From IMG/VR virus record IMGVR_UViG_3300048609_000040: a stretch of DNA of 64,000 bases. One strand, written 5' to 3'. This DNA is from an uncultured virus (IMG/VR IMGVR_UViG_3300048609_000040). Taxonomy: Duplodnaviria > Heunggongvirae > Uroviricota > Caudoviricetes. Within the stretch, counting starts at the first letter, position 1, and each line of letters opens with the position of its first letter. The position numbers were made by a program, and so were the translations under genes. Positions 20,253 to 31,387 of this stretch are shown one piece after another. The notes under the pieces are model-generated. The model made no database searches. It saw nothing but the letters and a program-made list of their open reading frames with translations, and was not told the DNA's origin.

Positions 20253-22086
20253 CCGCCCCGAATACAAACAGCTCATAAGACGCTTGAAGCACGACGTCGA
20301 AGAAGGCCAAACGCGCGGGCTTGTAGCAATCAACAAAGGTACTTATTTGATGTGGGATTTTGCACGGTCCCGACACGACTTCGACGCGTCTTGGCCCCGC
20401 GCAATGCAAGAACTAGGACTCGTCGACGACGGAACCGGAACTCACACTTTCACGATCAAAGGGTACGGCTTTGGTGACAGGTACCCAAATGGGTGAAGCT
20501 CCATGAACATCAACGATGCAGATGTCCAGGATAAGATTGTAGCGGTCGAGGGACAGGACTGGCTTTACGAGCAAGCATCCAACGCCCTCAACGGTGAAGG
20601 GGAGTACACTCTAGCGTGGGCCAAGAAGGCGTATGCCAAGCACGTAGCACAGGTGGAAGCAGAGCACGATGCAGCCGTCGCCGATGGTGACGAGCAGGAG
20701 GCTGAGTACCAGCTCAACATGCTGGAAAAGGCGCATTCTACCGGCATCATCATTTACGGACGTGGCGGTGTGCATCGCTACATGGTAATGGGTGACGGCT
20801 CCTTCACGTTTTCGAGGGGTCACGCCAGTGATTTCGAGACCATGATAGCTGTGCGAGTCGGGTTCAGGACCACGTAAATGAAGATCGTCGTTGCACTCGC
20901 CGCGTTGGGCGTGCACAACACCTACGGTGTGCTCAAGAAGTTTGCCACAACAAAGCAGCAGGCAGTAGCTGTTAGCTATCGCGGACGCGATCGTGGGCTG
21001 CCCGCACGTATTCAGGTTTGGTCTCCTCTGTTCAAAACAGACCCTGACGCTGCATGGTACGATAATGACAACAAAACCTTCGGTGTCTACTCGAAAGACC
21101 GCACGGAGACGTTAGCTGAAGCGTTGACGTGGACGGCTGAACAGTACGGCATTTCAGAATGGGCTACCTGTCCAACCGATCGGCTCACCAAAATCCCGAA
21201 GAGCGTACGGGATGCAGCTGAGAAGGCTGCGAAAGCTGTGAAGCCATCTACTAATCAGCTTACTGTATACACTTGGCGAGGACATCGATGTCACGTAGGT
21301 CAGACGCATGAGGTATGTGCCGCAAAGTCAAAGGCTGCTGTAGCACGTGCCGCAGGCGTAAAGTACGTCAAGCAGCTTGACCTTACCGAAACAGGGAACG
21401 AGGAAGATATCAAACAAGCACTGTCCGATCCTGGTGTTATCTTCTGGTGTCCACTCGACGATCGCACACATGACTGGCGACGGGGTTGAAGTGGCGAGCC
21501 GGACGCGCCACACGCACTGCTGGCGCTAGTGGAGGAGAGTCCTGTGATCAGTCAACCTGACGAAGAGCCGCTGAGCGGCGAGGATATTGAGGCTCTGCGC
21601 CCAGCCGTCGCCGCGGGCGCCCATGACGGGCTCTCCGCTCTTGCAGCCTTCGCGAGCCGTTCCGAGAGAACGGCCGAACTCACGTCGAAGATCGTCGAGG
21701 TTATCGAAGGGAGGGATCATGCGATGCGAGAGACAATCGGATACGCCAACAAGTATCCTCACCACAAGGAAGGACACTTCTACACGAACTGGTTCACGTG
21801 TGCGTTTCCGGTTCATCTCACTGACGCCAATGCACTGATCTACAAGCTGCGTATTGTCGAGGTCGTGGCTGACGAAGTAGACGATCGGCACTATTGGGCA
21901 TGGTGGGACTATGCCGCCGCCGCGTTCACGTTTGTGTATGCCGCTAAGTGTTTGTTAGAAATGGCGTTCCCGTACGGTACTGCACCCGAAGTCGAACGTG
22001 GTCGTGGAGAAGTTGTGTGTGTTTTGGTTGAGGAACTAGGCTCCTTTACGCACGCAGCTGCGAAAGCACAAGACTGGCGTCCGTGA
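20245..22086 (+). other. four small hypothetical genes (20245-20496, 20503-20877, 20878-21489, 21529-22086)
   Basis: Co-oriented abutting ORFs. Confidence 0.65.
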
Positions 22087-22102
22087 AGTGAACAGCTGCC
22101 GT

Positions 22103-22137
22103 TGTCATACGTCTATGTTATAACGGCCCCGAGGGGC
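22103..22137 (+). promoter_or_regulatory. TGTCATAC box, extended -10 (TGTTATAAC) and gccc-CGAG-gggc hairpin
   Basis: Motif recurs at several intergenic positions. Confidence 0.65.
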
Positions 22138-22144
22138 ACTACTA

Positions 22145-23188
22145 ATGCGGTGGGATAACCTCAGCAGACTGCCCGACGACTGGCATCGTAGAAGCTTTGC
22201 GCAAAAGCTTGCCTTCACGGCGTCGTTGGCATGTGGAAGTGAGCGCCCGCCGGAAAGTCATCGAGAGTGGCTTTACCATCTTAGTAAGAACCCAAACGAC
22301 CACCGTGTCGCGGCGTTATACAAAGTCGCTACACATTTTGGAGATCCCGTATCGTCACATAGCTCAGATGTTGCTTTCAGCGAGGCTGCTGTACGCATGT
22401 ACACACATGCACGCTGGGTTGATTACGGCTGTCAATCATTTCAACTCAGCGACTCGCTTGCAGCATTACTTAGCCTGACCGAGGCACATAGCGCCTACGA
22501 AAGCATCCAGTTCCCGTTCCCCGCGTTCTTGGTTGAAGTCCCGCCTGGGTACATCACTGCAGAGACTGCAGATCCAGTACGACTACTTGTCCATCGCTAC
22601 ACGGTCCTGCAAGAATGCACGATGGCAGAAGGTCCCGAAGAAGACAGGCTCCGTATCGAAATTTACTCAGATGACAACCTCGACGTGCTTCATAAACGGA
22701 TGAGTGAACTGGCTACAGAACTGGACAGCAGTCGGATAGTAATGACTTTTGATGAGAACAACGAACTCGTCGAATCAACCGACCAGAGTACACGACGTAA
22801 GTTCGCCACTGCGCTGAATCTTGTCTGTAACTTTGCTCTTTGGCTTCAAGCTGCCCCAGACTGGCAACGCATACAGCCACGACCAGAGAAGCGAAAACAA
22901 GACAACAAACGTGTTGGTCCTTGGCCGACGACGTGGTTTCTCGGCCGCGAGGTCAAGCTCGACCGCGAATTGCGTGACCTGGCTCGTGAAGTGGTTTTGC
23001 ACCCGAAGAAGCGTAACAGCGGCTGGAAACTTCGCATTCAGAAGCTCGTCCGCGGTCATTGGAAGCACCAACCCTACGGGCCTGGGCGCACGCTCCGTAA
23101 GCTCATCCACGTCGAGCCTTACCTACGCGGCCCTGACGGCGACAGTGCGTGGACGAGCATTTACAAAGCAACTGGGGTAGAGAAATGA
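22145..23188 (+). CDS. conserved phage protein (VRGHW family)
   Basis: C-terminal VRGHWKHQPYG...RKLI.VEPY.RG motif. Confidence 0.75.
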   Translation: MRWDNLSRLPDDWHRRSFAQKLAFTASLACGSERPPESHREWLYHLSKNPNDHRVAALYKVATHFGDPVSSHSSDVAFSEAAVRMYTHARWVDYGCQSFQLSDSLAALLSLTEAHSAYESIQFPFPAFLVEVPPGYITAETADPVRLLVHRYTVLQECTMAEGPEEDRLRIEIYSDDNLDVLHKRMSELATELDSSRIVMTFDENNELVESTDQSTRRKFATALNLVCNFALWLQAAPDWQRIQPRPEKRKQDNKRVGPWPTTWFLGREVKLDRELRDLAREVVLHPKKRNSGWKLRIQKLVRGHWKHQPYGPGRTLRKLIHVEPYLRGPDGDSAWTSIYKATGVEK

Positions 23189-23754
23189 AAGAGCATCTAC
23201 AGCCTTGGTATGACAAGTGGCTTATCGAGCACGAAGATACCAACCTTCTTTACGTAGATCGTAACGCGCGTGGCCAAGTACACCTTCGCCAAGTTGAGTT
23301 CGTGCGTGATGTCCTCGCTGGAGTTTTCTGGGAGGGTGCTTACGATCGCCGTAAACCAGCCACGCCACGGGATGATTGTAACGAAAGCGCGTACGTCATT
23401 GGAGAACACCAGTCCAAAAGTGTCAGGCTGCCAGTCTACTCGTTGGAGCGTCCCGATCTCGGGCTTCAGGTCGTTTTACGTGATAACTTCTACGACTGGA
23501 ACGTCTCAGTACTCTCGGAGACGCCGATCACAACTGACCTACGCGGTTTCGAGTTGGACTATCATCGAGAAAAAGATCGTGAACGTTTCCCGAACGGGTA
23601 CACACCAGGACACTGTTGGGGCTACTGCTTCTTTCAAGGCTTTCCCGAAGAAGTTCAATTTGGGCCATTCAAAGAAAATCCATGTCGATTCTCGCTGTGC
23701 ATCAGAGGCGATTACGACGTCTACACATTCTTGTGGCTGCTAAGGAATCGATGA
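23185..23754 (+). CDS. hypothetical protein
   Basis: ATGA-coupled ORF; IGEHQSKSVRLPVY segment. Confidence 0.7.
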   Translation: MKEHLQPWYDKWLIEHEDTNLLYVDRNARGQVHLRQVEFVRDVLAGVFWEGAYDRRKPATPRDDCNESAYVIGEHQSKSVRLPVYSLERPDLGLQVVLRDNFYDWNVSVLSETPITTDLRGFELDYHREKDRERFPNGYTPGHCWGYCFFQGFPEEVQFGPFKENPCRFSLCIRGDYDVYTFLWLLRNR

Positions 23755-23755
23755 A

Positions 23756-24196
23756 ATGTCGACAATACCAGACAGCTTGTACATGATCCCGTCAGTGGTA
23801 TGGGTCTTGACCACCGAAGACGAACCAATCTTCCTTGAGAAGGAAGACGGCAGCTACGAACGCCGCCACTATCGCCACTGGTGCTGGACGCAGCCCGACG
23901 CCAAAGAACTACTTCGGAATCTACGCCGTTTTCCACAATCGTTACGGACATACAAATACGGCCGCGATTGCGCGATCGAACAGCGACCACTCATTCAGCA
24001 CACGCTCGACAAAGTGTCTCGTGCACCCTGGGTACTCATCGACGTAGCGAACGGGCACAACAACACCCGTCGTTACCTTTGGCAGTTCGAGACGCGTGAT
24101 GAGGCACGTCGACACAAGGCATGGCAAAAACAGCAGCGTAACGGTGCTGAGCTGATTGGACCATACCGGCTCAGTCGTCAGACATGGGAAAGGTAG
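23756..24196 (+). CDS. hypothetical protein
   Basis: 146 aa ORF in gene chain. Confidence 0.6.
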   Translation: MSTIPDSLYMIPSVVWVLTTEDEPIFLEKEDGSYERRHYRHWCWTQPDAKELLRNLRRFPQSLRTYKYGRDCAIEQRPLIQHTLDKVSRAPWVLIDVANGHNNTRRYLWQFETRDEARRHKAWQKQQRNGAELIGPYRLSRQTWER

Positions 24197-24584
24197 ACGA
24201 ACCGTGTACACGCGCAAGAATGACCGCGTTCAAGCTCAGGAAGGAAAAGTAGTGCCACGGAAGGGACGACCGCTGACGGAGGGCCAACGATTCCTGTTGG
24301 TGTGGGCGTTGTCTTCATCCACGTGGACGCTGGTGTCCACTAACTCTGTCCCTGTGGACGCACCGAGCGGCGTGGACCTGCGCGCGCTACGGGGCTTGCA
24401 ACGGCGCGGCCTGTTCGTCGAACACAAAGAGGGGTTCTTCACAGTTATCGAGGCTGCGAAGGCGCACGTGACGCTTGACGAGATCAACAAGTTCCGTGAG
24501 CGCTTTGGTTGGCGTCCGTTGTGGAAATCGTTAGTTGAGGTTCGTCCAACTTTCCCAGACTTTCCCGGAAACTGAAGATAGGCA

Positions 24585-25487
24585 ATGCCTAGCACCATAC
24601 AACGACTCGCCGAGCTTGGCTTGATTACGCCACCAGGCTTTCTGGCCGCTAACACTCATTACGAAACGACGATGGGGTCAGTTGCGTATGGAGTTGCGAA
24701 CGATACCAGCGACGTGGATGTTTACGGATTCTGTATCCCACCCAAAGACGAAATCTTTCCTCATTTGCGAGGCGAGATTGTCGGATTTGGACGGCAGAAG
24801 GACCGTTTCTCGCAATACCAACAGCACCATATCAAGGATGCTGCAGCAGGCAAGCAGTACGACGTGACAATCTACTCGATCGTCACCTACTTCCAGTTGT
24901 GCATGGAGAACAACCCGAACATGATCGACAGTTTGTTCACACCACAGCGCTGTGTGCTGCATTGCACGCAAGTCGCCAACATGGTACGTGAACACCGTCG
25001 AATGTTCCTTCACAAGGGAGCATTCCACAAATTCAAGGGCTACTCGTTTAGCCAATTGCACAAGATGCGCACGAAGGATCCCAAACCAGGATCGAAAAGG
25101 GCCGAACTGCGCGAGAAGCATGGATTTGACAGCAAATTCGCGTATCACGTAGTACGGCTGCTCAGCGAAGTCGAGCAAATCCTCGTCGAGGGTGACATCG
25201 ATCTTCAGCGCAACCGTGAGCATCTCAAGGCCATCCGTCGCGGCGAAGTGTCCGAGGAGGAAATACGCAACTGGGCCTCTGACAAGGAGCGGCAACTGGA
25301 ACAGCTGTACGTGGACTCGCCACTGCCGTACGGCCCCGATGAAGCCAAGATCAAGGAACTGCTTCTACAATGTCTCGAAGCGCACTACGGACGGTTGGAA
25401 GGCATAATCACAGCTGAAGATGAACTTGTTGGGGCCTTGAGAAACATACGTGACGTAGTTGATCGATGTAGATCAAAACTGCTATAA
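24585..25487 (+). CDS. Pol-beta-fold nucleotidyltransferase, RlaP/NrdC.11-like
   Basis: GS.AYG....SDVD, NPNMID.L, FKGY, K.AYH..RLL motifs. Confidence 0.85.
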   Translation: MPSTIQRLAELGLITPPGFLAANTHYETTMGSVAYGVANDTSDVDVYGFCIPPKDEIFPHLRGEIVGFGRQKDRFSQYQQHHIKDAAAGKQYDVTIYSIVTYFQLCMENNPNMIDSLFTPQRCVLHCTQVANMVREHRRMFLHKGAFHKFKGYSFSQLHKMRTKDPKPGSKRAELREKHGFDSKFAYHVVRLLSEVEQILVEGDIDLQRNREHLKAIRRGEVSEEEIRNWASDKERQLEQLYVDSPLPYGPDEAKIKELLLQCLEAHYGRLEGIITAEDELVGALRNIRDVVDRCRSKLL

Positions 25488-25497
25488 AAGGTAAGAC

Positions 25498-25896
25498 ATG
25501 ATGAACAATCGTCGTCATGGAGTCGTCGATGCTTTTGAGGATCTCGCCAAAGCAAAGCAGACCATCGTCGAGCTAGGACAAGAACTGATCAAGGCACACG
25601 ATCAACTGCTTCAATGTCAAACTGAGCTGATCAAGATGACAAAAACGTGCGACGAGTGGCGTTGCACAGCCGATCATCTAGCTGTTGAACTAGACACAGA
25701 ACAGGTGGCTGTCGAAGCTGCAACAGAAGAAGCAGACGACTTGCGTGAAGACATTGACAGGTTGCGTAGAGAACTAGCAGCTGCAACGGCAGCTGCAGCA
25801 GAAGTTACCAAGTTGCGCCGTCGTCTCGCGGAGAAAGAGACACGGGCTGAAAGAGCCGTCGCAAACCGCAAAGCGGCGACCTTACGAGAGGGCTAA
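25498..25896 (+). CDS. coiled-coil hypothetical protein
   Basis: Heptad-rich 132 aa ORF. Confidence 0.65.
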   Translation: MMNNRRHGVVDAFEDLAKAKQTIVELGQELIKAHDQLLQCQTELIKMTKTCDEWRCTADHLAVELDTEQVAVEAATEEADDLREDIDRLRRELAAATAAAAEVTKLRRRLAEKETRAERAVANRKAATLREG

Positions 25897-26181
25897 ATGG
25901 ATTTGAAGCTGAGAGAACTGATCAAGCAGGTGGTGACCGACCACCAAGGCTGCAAAGCTACGGAAGTTCCAGTACTGATTGCGCACGTGTTGGACAACAT
26001 TGACAACACCACACAACTAACACGGAGCCAACTGCAGTGGACCGCGGTGCCTGAGTTGATCGAAGATCTGGTCAACAAAGGTGAGCTGGTAGAGGTAGAG
26101 TACGTCCTGCCCAACATGGACTACAGGATCAAAAGCTTCCTGCTTCCCAAAGGCGCGACAATCGGCTACCGAGTAGGTTAA
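25897..26181 (+). CDS. hypothetical protein, tandem paralog A
   Basis: Shares QVVT.HQGCKAT.VPVLI...LV..G.LVEV.Y...SFLLPK with next ORF. Confidence 0.75.
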   Translation: MDLKLRELIKQVVTDHQGCKATEVPVLIAHVLDNIDNTTQLTRSQLQWTAVPELIEDLVNKGELVEVEYVLPNMDYRIKSFLLPKGATIGYRVG

Positions 26182-26183
26182 GC

Positions 26184-26507
26184 ATGATCGAATCGAGCGG
26201 AGATTTGAAGGCTTTGATCGAGCAAGTAGTGACCAACCATCAAGGTTGCAAGGCCACAGACGTTCCTGTGTTGATCTACCGTTTGCTCGACAACTCCGAC
26301 GATGTCACATGGAGTCGTCCGCTGCTTACACTGCTCGCAAGCGAGCAATGGGCTATGTTGCCTACATTGATTCAAGAGCTTGTCGACGAGGGTAAGCTAG
26401 TAGAAGTGGTATACGTTGTGCCTGGTGTGGCGTATAGAGCTGAAAGCTTTCTCCTTCCGAAGGACACACGTGTGGGCGATTGGTTGAAACCGCCTCGGAC
26501 ACATTAG
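26184..26507 (+). CDS. hypothetical protein, tandem paralog B
   Basis: Paralog of 25897-26181. Confidence 0.75.
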   Translation: MIESSGDLKALIEQVVTNHQGCKATDVPVLIYRLLDNSDDVTWSRPLLTLLASEQWAMLPTLIQELVDEGKLVEVVYVVPGVAYRAESFLLPKDTRVGDWLKPPRTH

Positions 26508-26514
26508 GATCGTC

Positions 26515-26790
26515 ATGAAGGCCGCGTTATTGTTGATCTGGTTGTGTACGACGATACTCGTTGAAGGTGCTTTGATAGCACTCATGTGGAAATGGTTTGT
26601 TGCACCATTCAACGCACCCACGATTAATCTTGCTCACGCTGTTGGGCTGTCTGTTTTCGTGAACCTTTTCACGGCTAACCCAACAAGCTACAAAGAACAT
26701 GTCGTCGATCTGCGACGGTCAACAGCACTGAGAGTCGCGTTGTGGATAGTTCTGTTAGTGGTTGGTGTAGTAGCACACGCCGCTATGTAG
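26515..26790 (+). CDS. small membrane protein
   Basis: Three hydrophobic segments. Confidence 0.65.
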   Translation: MKAALLLIWLCTTILVEGALIALMWKWFVAPFNAPTINLAHAVGLSVFVNLFTANPTSYKEHVVDLRRSTALRVALWIVLLVVGVVAHAAM

Positions 26791-27166
26791 AGGTGACATG
26801 ATGAAGACAGGCAAGAGAGAAGTCGCCGAGTCCAGGGTCATCACGGCAAGGTTGCTGGTTTCCGTTCGAGTAGACCTGGAATTTGACGAGGACGGTAACG
26901 GTCACGTTCTGTTTGCGGAATTGGCTCAGCAACAGATGATCAGCCCGCGTGATGTTGAGGAAGCATTGGACACTGATGGCGAGCTGAGCGTATTAGACAA
27001 AGATGAACAGACATGAAGAATATCAATAGAAAGCTACACCTTCTACACCTCACGCGTGAGACCTTGCGTGCCCTTGGAGAAGACAATCATCTCAGGGATG
27101 CAGGCTGCGCGCAGACCTGTCATCACAGATGTTCAAGCTACAGCTATGTTGGTTGGGTCTGTTGCT

Positions 27167-28360
27167 ATGGCGCTTGATTATTTGAAGGCGCGAAACGGCA
27201 TGCTGATCCCGATGTGGGTCGCAGCCAATGAGGTCGAGTCCCAAGCACTCGATCAGCTCCGCAATGTTGCTGAACTACCTTGGGTTGTCCGTCTGGCTGC
27301 GATGCCCGACATCCACGCCGGCAAAGGCGCAACAGTCGGGACCGTGATTGGTATGCGAGACGCTGTCTCGCCATCCGCTGTGGGCGTTGATGGAGGCTGT
27401 GGGATGGGCGTCGTGCAAACCAACCTCGATGCCGGCAAGGTCACGCGCAAGCTCGCCAAGCTACGTGCTGAGATCGAAGCCCGCATCCCAATCGGCTTCT
27501 CCAGTCACACAACACCGGCTTACACTGCCGCGCCAGGAGAACTAGCACGCGAAGCGGAACAGCTCTTCGCCGAATTCGGCTCGCTTACGCCCGAAGTACA
27601 GGCACACATCGACCGTGCGAAGCACCAACTCGGGACCCTTGGCGGCGGCAACCACTTCATCGAGTTGAGCCTCGACGCTGACAAAAACGTTTGGCTTATG
27701 CTGCACTCGGGGTCGCGCTGGATTGGCAAGGAGCTAGCCGACACGCACATCTTGAAGGCGATGGCGCTCGGGCATAACGCAGCGCTGCCGGACAAGGCGC
27801 TCGCGGTGTTCCTTGCTGACACACCTGAAATGCACGCCTACTGGAACGATCTAACTTGGGCGCAGCAGTACGCAGCGCTCAACCGTAAGCTCATGCTCTG
27901 GCTTTACGAAGAGGTGTTGCAGGAGTTCTGGCCTGGTCTTCAGTTCACCTCGGAGCCCATCTGGTGCCACCACAACTATGCGGAACAAGAGATCCACGAC
28001 GGCGACAAGCTGTATGTGACTAGGAAAGGCGCAATCCGTGCCCAAGCAGGTGACCTGGGGATTGTGCCTGGCGCAGTGGGCGCACCGAGCTACATCGTCC
28101 GAGGGCGTGGCTGCGCTGAAGCACTTCAGTCCGCACCACACGGCGCCGGCCGGAAGATGTCACGGGGTGCAGCCAAACGGAAATTTACTCAAGCTGACAT
28201 CGATGAGCAGACCGCAGGCGTCGAGTGCAAGAAGGACAAATCCATCCTCGACGAGTTACGCGGTGCCTACAAGCCAATCAAGCGGGTCATAGCTAACAGC
28301 GCTGAGCTAGTAGAAATCGTTGTCCAACTCGATCCCGCACTGTTGTGCGTGAAAGGTTGA
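27167..28360 (+). CDS. rtcB: RtcB-family 3'-phosphate/5'-OH RNA ligase (copy 1)
   Basis: MPDIH.G.G, VGVDGGCG, GTLGGGNHF, HSGSR, HHNY, RKGA, HGAGR, DE..AYK, VKG; start may lie further upstream (frame open from 27056). Confidence 0.95.
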   Translation: MALDYLKARNGMLIPMWVAANEVESQALDQLRNVAELPWVVRLAAMPDIHAGKGATVGTVIGMRDAVSPSAVGVDGGCGMGVVQTNLDAGKVTRKLAKLRAEIEARIPIGFSSHTTPAYTAAPGELAREAEQLFAEFGSLTPEVQAHIDRAKHQLGTLGGGNHFIELSLDADKNVWLMLHSGSRWIGKELADTHILKAMALGHNAALPDKALAVFLADTPEMHAYWNDLTWAQQYAALNRKLMLWLYEEVLQEFWPGLQFTSEPIWCHHNYAEQEIHDGDKLYVTRKGAIRAQAGDLGIVPGAVGAPSYIVRGRGCAEALQSAPHGAGRKMSRGAAKRKFTQADIDEQTAGVECKKDKSILDELRGAYKPIKRVIANSAELVEIVVQLDPALLCVKG

Positions 28361-28363
28361 GCT

Positions 28364-28735
28364 ATGTCGTGGGAAGGCTACTATCAGTGCATCTGCGCCA
28401 AGGGACACTACTTCTGTTCTCCAGATGATTATGGCCTCTACGACAACGAAGCGGCGTTGTGTACTTGTGGTAGCGAAGCCGTCTTCTCCAATCAAGTGGA
28501 CGAAACCAATTGTGAATCGATGGGCGAGATCCCACACGAGATGATCAGGAGTCTACAAGTCGCAGAAGCTGTACTAGAAACTTGTCCTCACTGTGGGCAC
28601 ACCAAGGAGCTAGAGCCCGCTCGCTACCGTGTCCCAACTGAAGAAGAACTGACGCACATGCGACACTGGCGACCTGGTTATGGTGGGACTCCTCTAGTAC
28701 CATTGGATACACACCCACGATACAGGAAAATATAA
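28364..28735 (+). CDS. Cys-rich hypothetical protein
   Basis: MSWEGYYQCICAKGH..., CPHCG. Confidence 0.65.
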   Translation: MSWEGYYQCICAKGHYFCSPDDYGLYDNEAALCTCGSEAVFSNQVDETNCESMGEIPHEMIRSLQVAEAVLETCPHCGHTKELEPARYRVPTEEELTHMRHWRPGYGGTPLVPLDTHPRYRKI

Positions 28736-29965
28736 ATGCAACTCAAACTGATGGATCAGGTAGAAGCAACGAGCAAACGAGGTGAAAAGGAGAAGTTGCT
28801 GGCTGAAGCAGACAAGGAAACACAGCTGATACTTCGCTATGCCCTAGACCCCTACCTGACCTACGGTGTAACGCTCAACAATAACGACGTAGATCTGGTA
28901 ACCAGTTCCGCAGGATCGTCGCCGACACGCTGGTGGAGTAGTTTCTGTGCATTGCTTGATCAGCTCTCCCAGCGACGGCTCACAGGTAATGCTGCCGTCT
29001 CGACCCTACTAGCACATCTCCACAAAGCACCCTCAGTAGAGGATGTCAAGTGGGCACTTCGAGTACTCAATCGTGATCTTCGTTGTGGCGTATCTGTGAA
29101 AACCTTACAGAAGGTCTTTCCAGGGCTGATTCAGCCTTTCGAGGTTGCGCTCGCTCAAGGATACGACGACAGCAAACACACACTACAAGGTGTCGGGTTC
29201 ATCGAGCCCAAACTAGACGGTCTGCGTGTAACCGTCGTCGACGGTATGCCGCTTACCCGTAACGGAAATCCTGTACAAGGCACCGACGCGATGCTAGACG
29301 AACTCGCGTCTATGATCACCAAGCGACACACCTCACTCCGAGATTGGGTGTTTGATGGTGAGTTCATTGGCAGCGGTACCTTCGAGGAGACCGTATCGAA
29401 GGCGCGAGCTACAGGCCAAGAAGACCGTGGACTCGTCTACAACATCTTCGACATCGTTTCTGCCAACGAGTGGCAAACGCGTAAGACACGGCCTTTCTCG
29501 GCTCGTCGGCGAGACGTCAACGAACACATTCACGACGGCGTCTACGTCCGACGCGTGCCGTCAATCCGTGTCGAGGATCCAACCGTCGGTGACGTCCTCA
29601 ACTTCTGTGACAAGTTCATGTCGCAGGGATATGAGGGTGCCATGTGGAAGGCCGACCTTCCTTACGCATTCAAACGTTCATCTGCGCTGCTGAAGGTCAA
29701 GAAGTTCGAGACCGAAGACGCTAAGATAATCGGCTTTGAGGAAGGCACAGGCAAGTATGAGGGCCTCCTCGGCGCTTTGGTGGTCCAGCTCGAAGACGGC
29801 ACGCAGGTCAAGGTTGGTAGTGGCTTCAACGATGCCCAACGCGAAGCATTTTGGACAGAGCAACAAACCTTCAAGGGAAAGACAGTCGAGGTCAAGTTCC
29901 AGAACAAGACTGCAAAGGGATCGCTGAGGTTCCCGATCTACCTTCGTACGCGCGATGATAAATGA
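28736..29965 (+). CDS. ATP-dependent DNA ligase
   Basis: EPKLDGLR, FDGE, FDI, EGAMWK, KVK and OB-fold with GSGF and LRFPIY. Confidence 0.95.
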   Translation: MQLKLMDQVEATSKRGEKEKLLAEADKETQLILRYALDPYLTYGVTLNNNDVDLVTSSAGSSPTRWWSSFCALLDQLSQRRLTGNAAVSTLLAHLHKAPSVEDVKWALRVLNRDLRCGVSVKTLQKVFPGLIQPFEVALAQGYDDSKHTLQGVGFIEPKLDGLRVTVVDGMPLTRNGNPVQGTDAMLDELASMITKRHTSLRDWVFDGEFIGSGTFEETVSKARATGQEDRGLVYNIFDIVSANEWQTRKTRPFSARRRDVNEHIHDGVYVRRVPSIRVEDPTVGDVLNFCDKFMSQGYEGAMWKADLPYAFKRSSALLKVKKFETEDAKIIGFEEGTGKYEGLLGALVVQLEDGTQVKVGSGFNDAQREAFWTEQQTFKGKTVEVKFQNKTAKGSLRFPIYLRTRDDK

Positions 29966-30013
29966 GAAGACAGCCTTTCAAGTTCACAGCAGAGTAGTCA
30001 GTAGAGGTAAACG

Positions 30014-30385
30014 ATGCTATTTCTAGTCGTCGAAGATGATGCAGACGTCCAGCGAGCGCTGGTACGGTTCCTTCGCATCCACTTCAGCGCTGAGGTAATA
30101 GCGGCTGGGAATGTCGCAACAGGATTGCACGCACTGAAAGATCATGTATTCGATCTCGTCGTTACAGATTTCCAGTTACCTGACGGAACGGGCGCTGAGA
30201 TCATCAAGGCTGTGCGTAACCTGAAGCGGAGAACGCCGCTTGTGCTTCATTCGGGCGCGTTAGATGACGACCTTACTGGTTACGATGTCGACGCGTACGT
30301 TCACAAGCCGTCCGTTATGAGCGACCTTGCTGTGGTGTGTCAAAAGCTTCTCGCAAGCTTCTACGATCAACACTGCCCGGTGTAG
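30014..30385 (+). CDS. single-domain response regulator (CheY-like receiver)
   Basis: VEDD, phospho-Asp in [14 protein letters not shown]. Confidence 0.9.
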   Translation: MLFLVVEDDADVQRALVRFLRIHFSAEVIAAGNVATGLHALKDHVFDLVVTDFQLPDGTGAEIIKAVRNLKRRTPLVLHSGALDDDLTGYDVDAYVHKPSVMSDLAVVCQKLLASFYDQHCPV

Positions 30386-30420
30386 GCCGCAAACGCCGAT
30401 CTTGTTGGGAGTCAGAGCAC

Positions 30421-31356
30421 GTGAAGGAATTTGAGGTCGAGGTCAAGCTCCGTAATAACCTGCTCAAGGAGCGACGAAAATCCTTGGGCATGAATCAGGA
30501 AGAGTTCGCCAAAGCAGCTGGAGTCAACCTCACACATTATCGGGAGCTGGAGTGTCTACGCAAGTCTCCCTTGAAGCGTCTCTATGATAAGAACTTAAAG
30601 TGTATCGCACCAGGATGTAATAATGAGGTCGTGCGTCCGCCGTCGCGCCATCGCCGCCTCTGCCTTACACACTACAAACAGCAGCCGACAAAGAAGCAGT
30701 GGAATATTTGGCTCAACAGTTTCAAGGAGACGTGTCCGAAAACGTGGACGGTGATAGCACTTCAGCTTGCTGCCTTTTATGACGTTGAACCCAGCGAGCT
30801 TTGGCCTGCGGCTGTGCTTCTCGTACGTAAAGGCAAAACAATACGAAAACTAGCAGCCACCGAGGTCGGCGCGCTCTTACCTTCGCTAGAACCGCTGACC
30901 CTGCCACCCGCGAGTGAGGATTACGATGCGGTCGAGCTACATGACTGTGTTGCACGAGTTCTGACCACACTTTCGCCGCGTGAAGAGGACATCATCCGGC
31001 AGCGCTTCTTCGACGATAAGACGCTTGAGGAGATTGGAGGTGACTATCGTTACAGGGAGCAGATTCGTCAGATCGAAACTAAGGCGCTACGCAAACTACG
31101 ACATCCTGTTCGCGCTAACCATCTTAAACCTTGGGTGTTTGCCGACGCACTCGACCCAGTGCCACCAGCGCCGACCGAGCAAAAGATCACGCGATGGTGT
31201 CCTGCGTGCCTGACTGCATTTATCGGCACGAAAGCTGGTCCGATCGTCTGCCCCAACTGTGCCGTAAAAAAGACTTGCCCGCAGTGTTCAGGGCACCTTG
31301 TCGGCGGCAAGCAGTCGGCTGTCTGCACAGCTTGCGGCTGGAGGGTGTCAATATGA
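30421..31356 (+). CDS. XRE-HTH / sigma70 region 4 fusion with zinc ribbons
   Basis: N-terminal [41 protein letters not shown]...[19 protein letters not shown]-terminal CxxC pairs. Confidence 0.75.
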   Translation: MKEFEVEVKLRNNLLKERRKSLGMNQEEFAKAAGVNLTHYRELECLRKSPLKRLYDKNLKCIAPGCNNEVVRPPSRHRRLCLTHYKQQPTKKQWNIWLNSFKETCPKTWTVIALQLAAFYDVEPSELWPAAVLLVRKGKTIRKLAATEVGALLPSLEPLTLPPASEDYDAVELHDCVARVLTTLSPREEDIIRQRFFDDKTLEEIGGDYRYREQIRQIETKALRKLRHPVRANHLKPWVFADALDPVPPAPTEQKITRWCPACLTAFIGTKAGPIVCPNCAVKKTCPQCSGHLVGGKQSAVCTACGWRVSI

Positions 31357-31387
31357 CCATGACGGGACATGACGAGCAGAGGAACAC

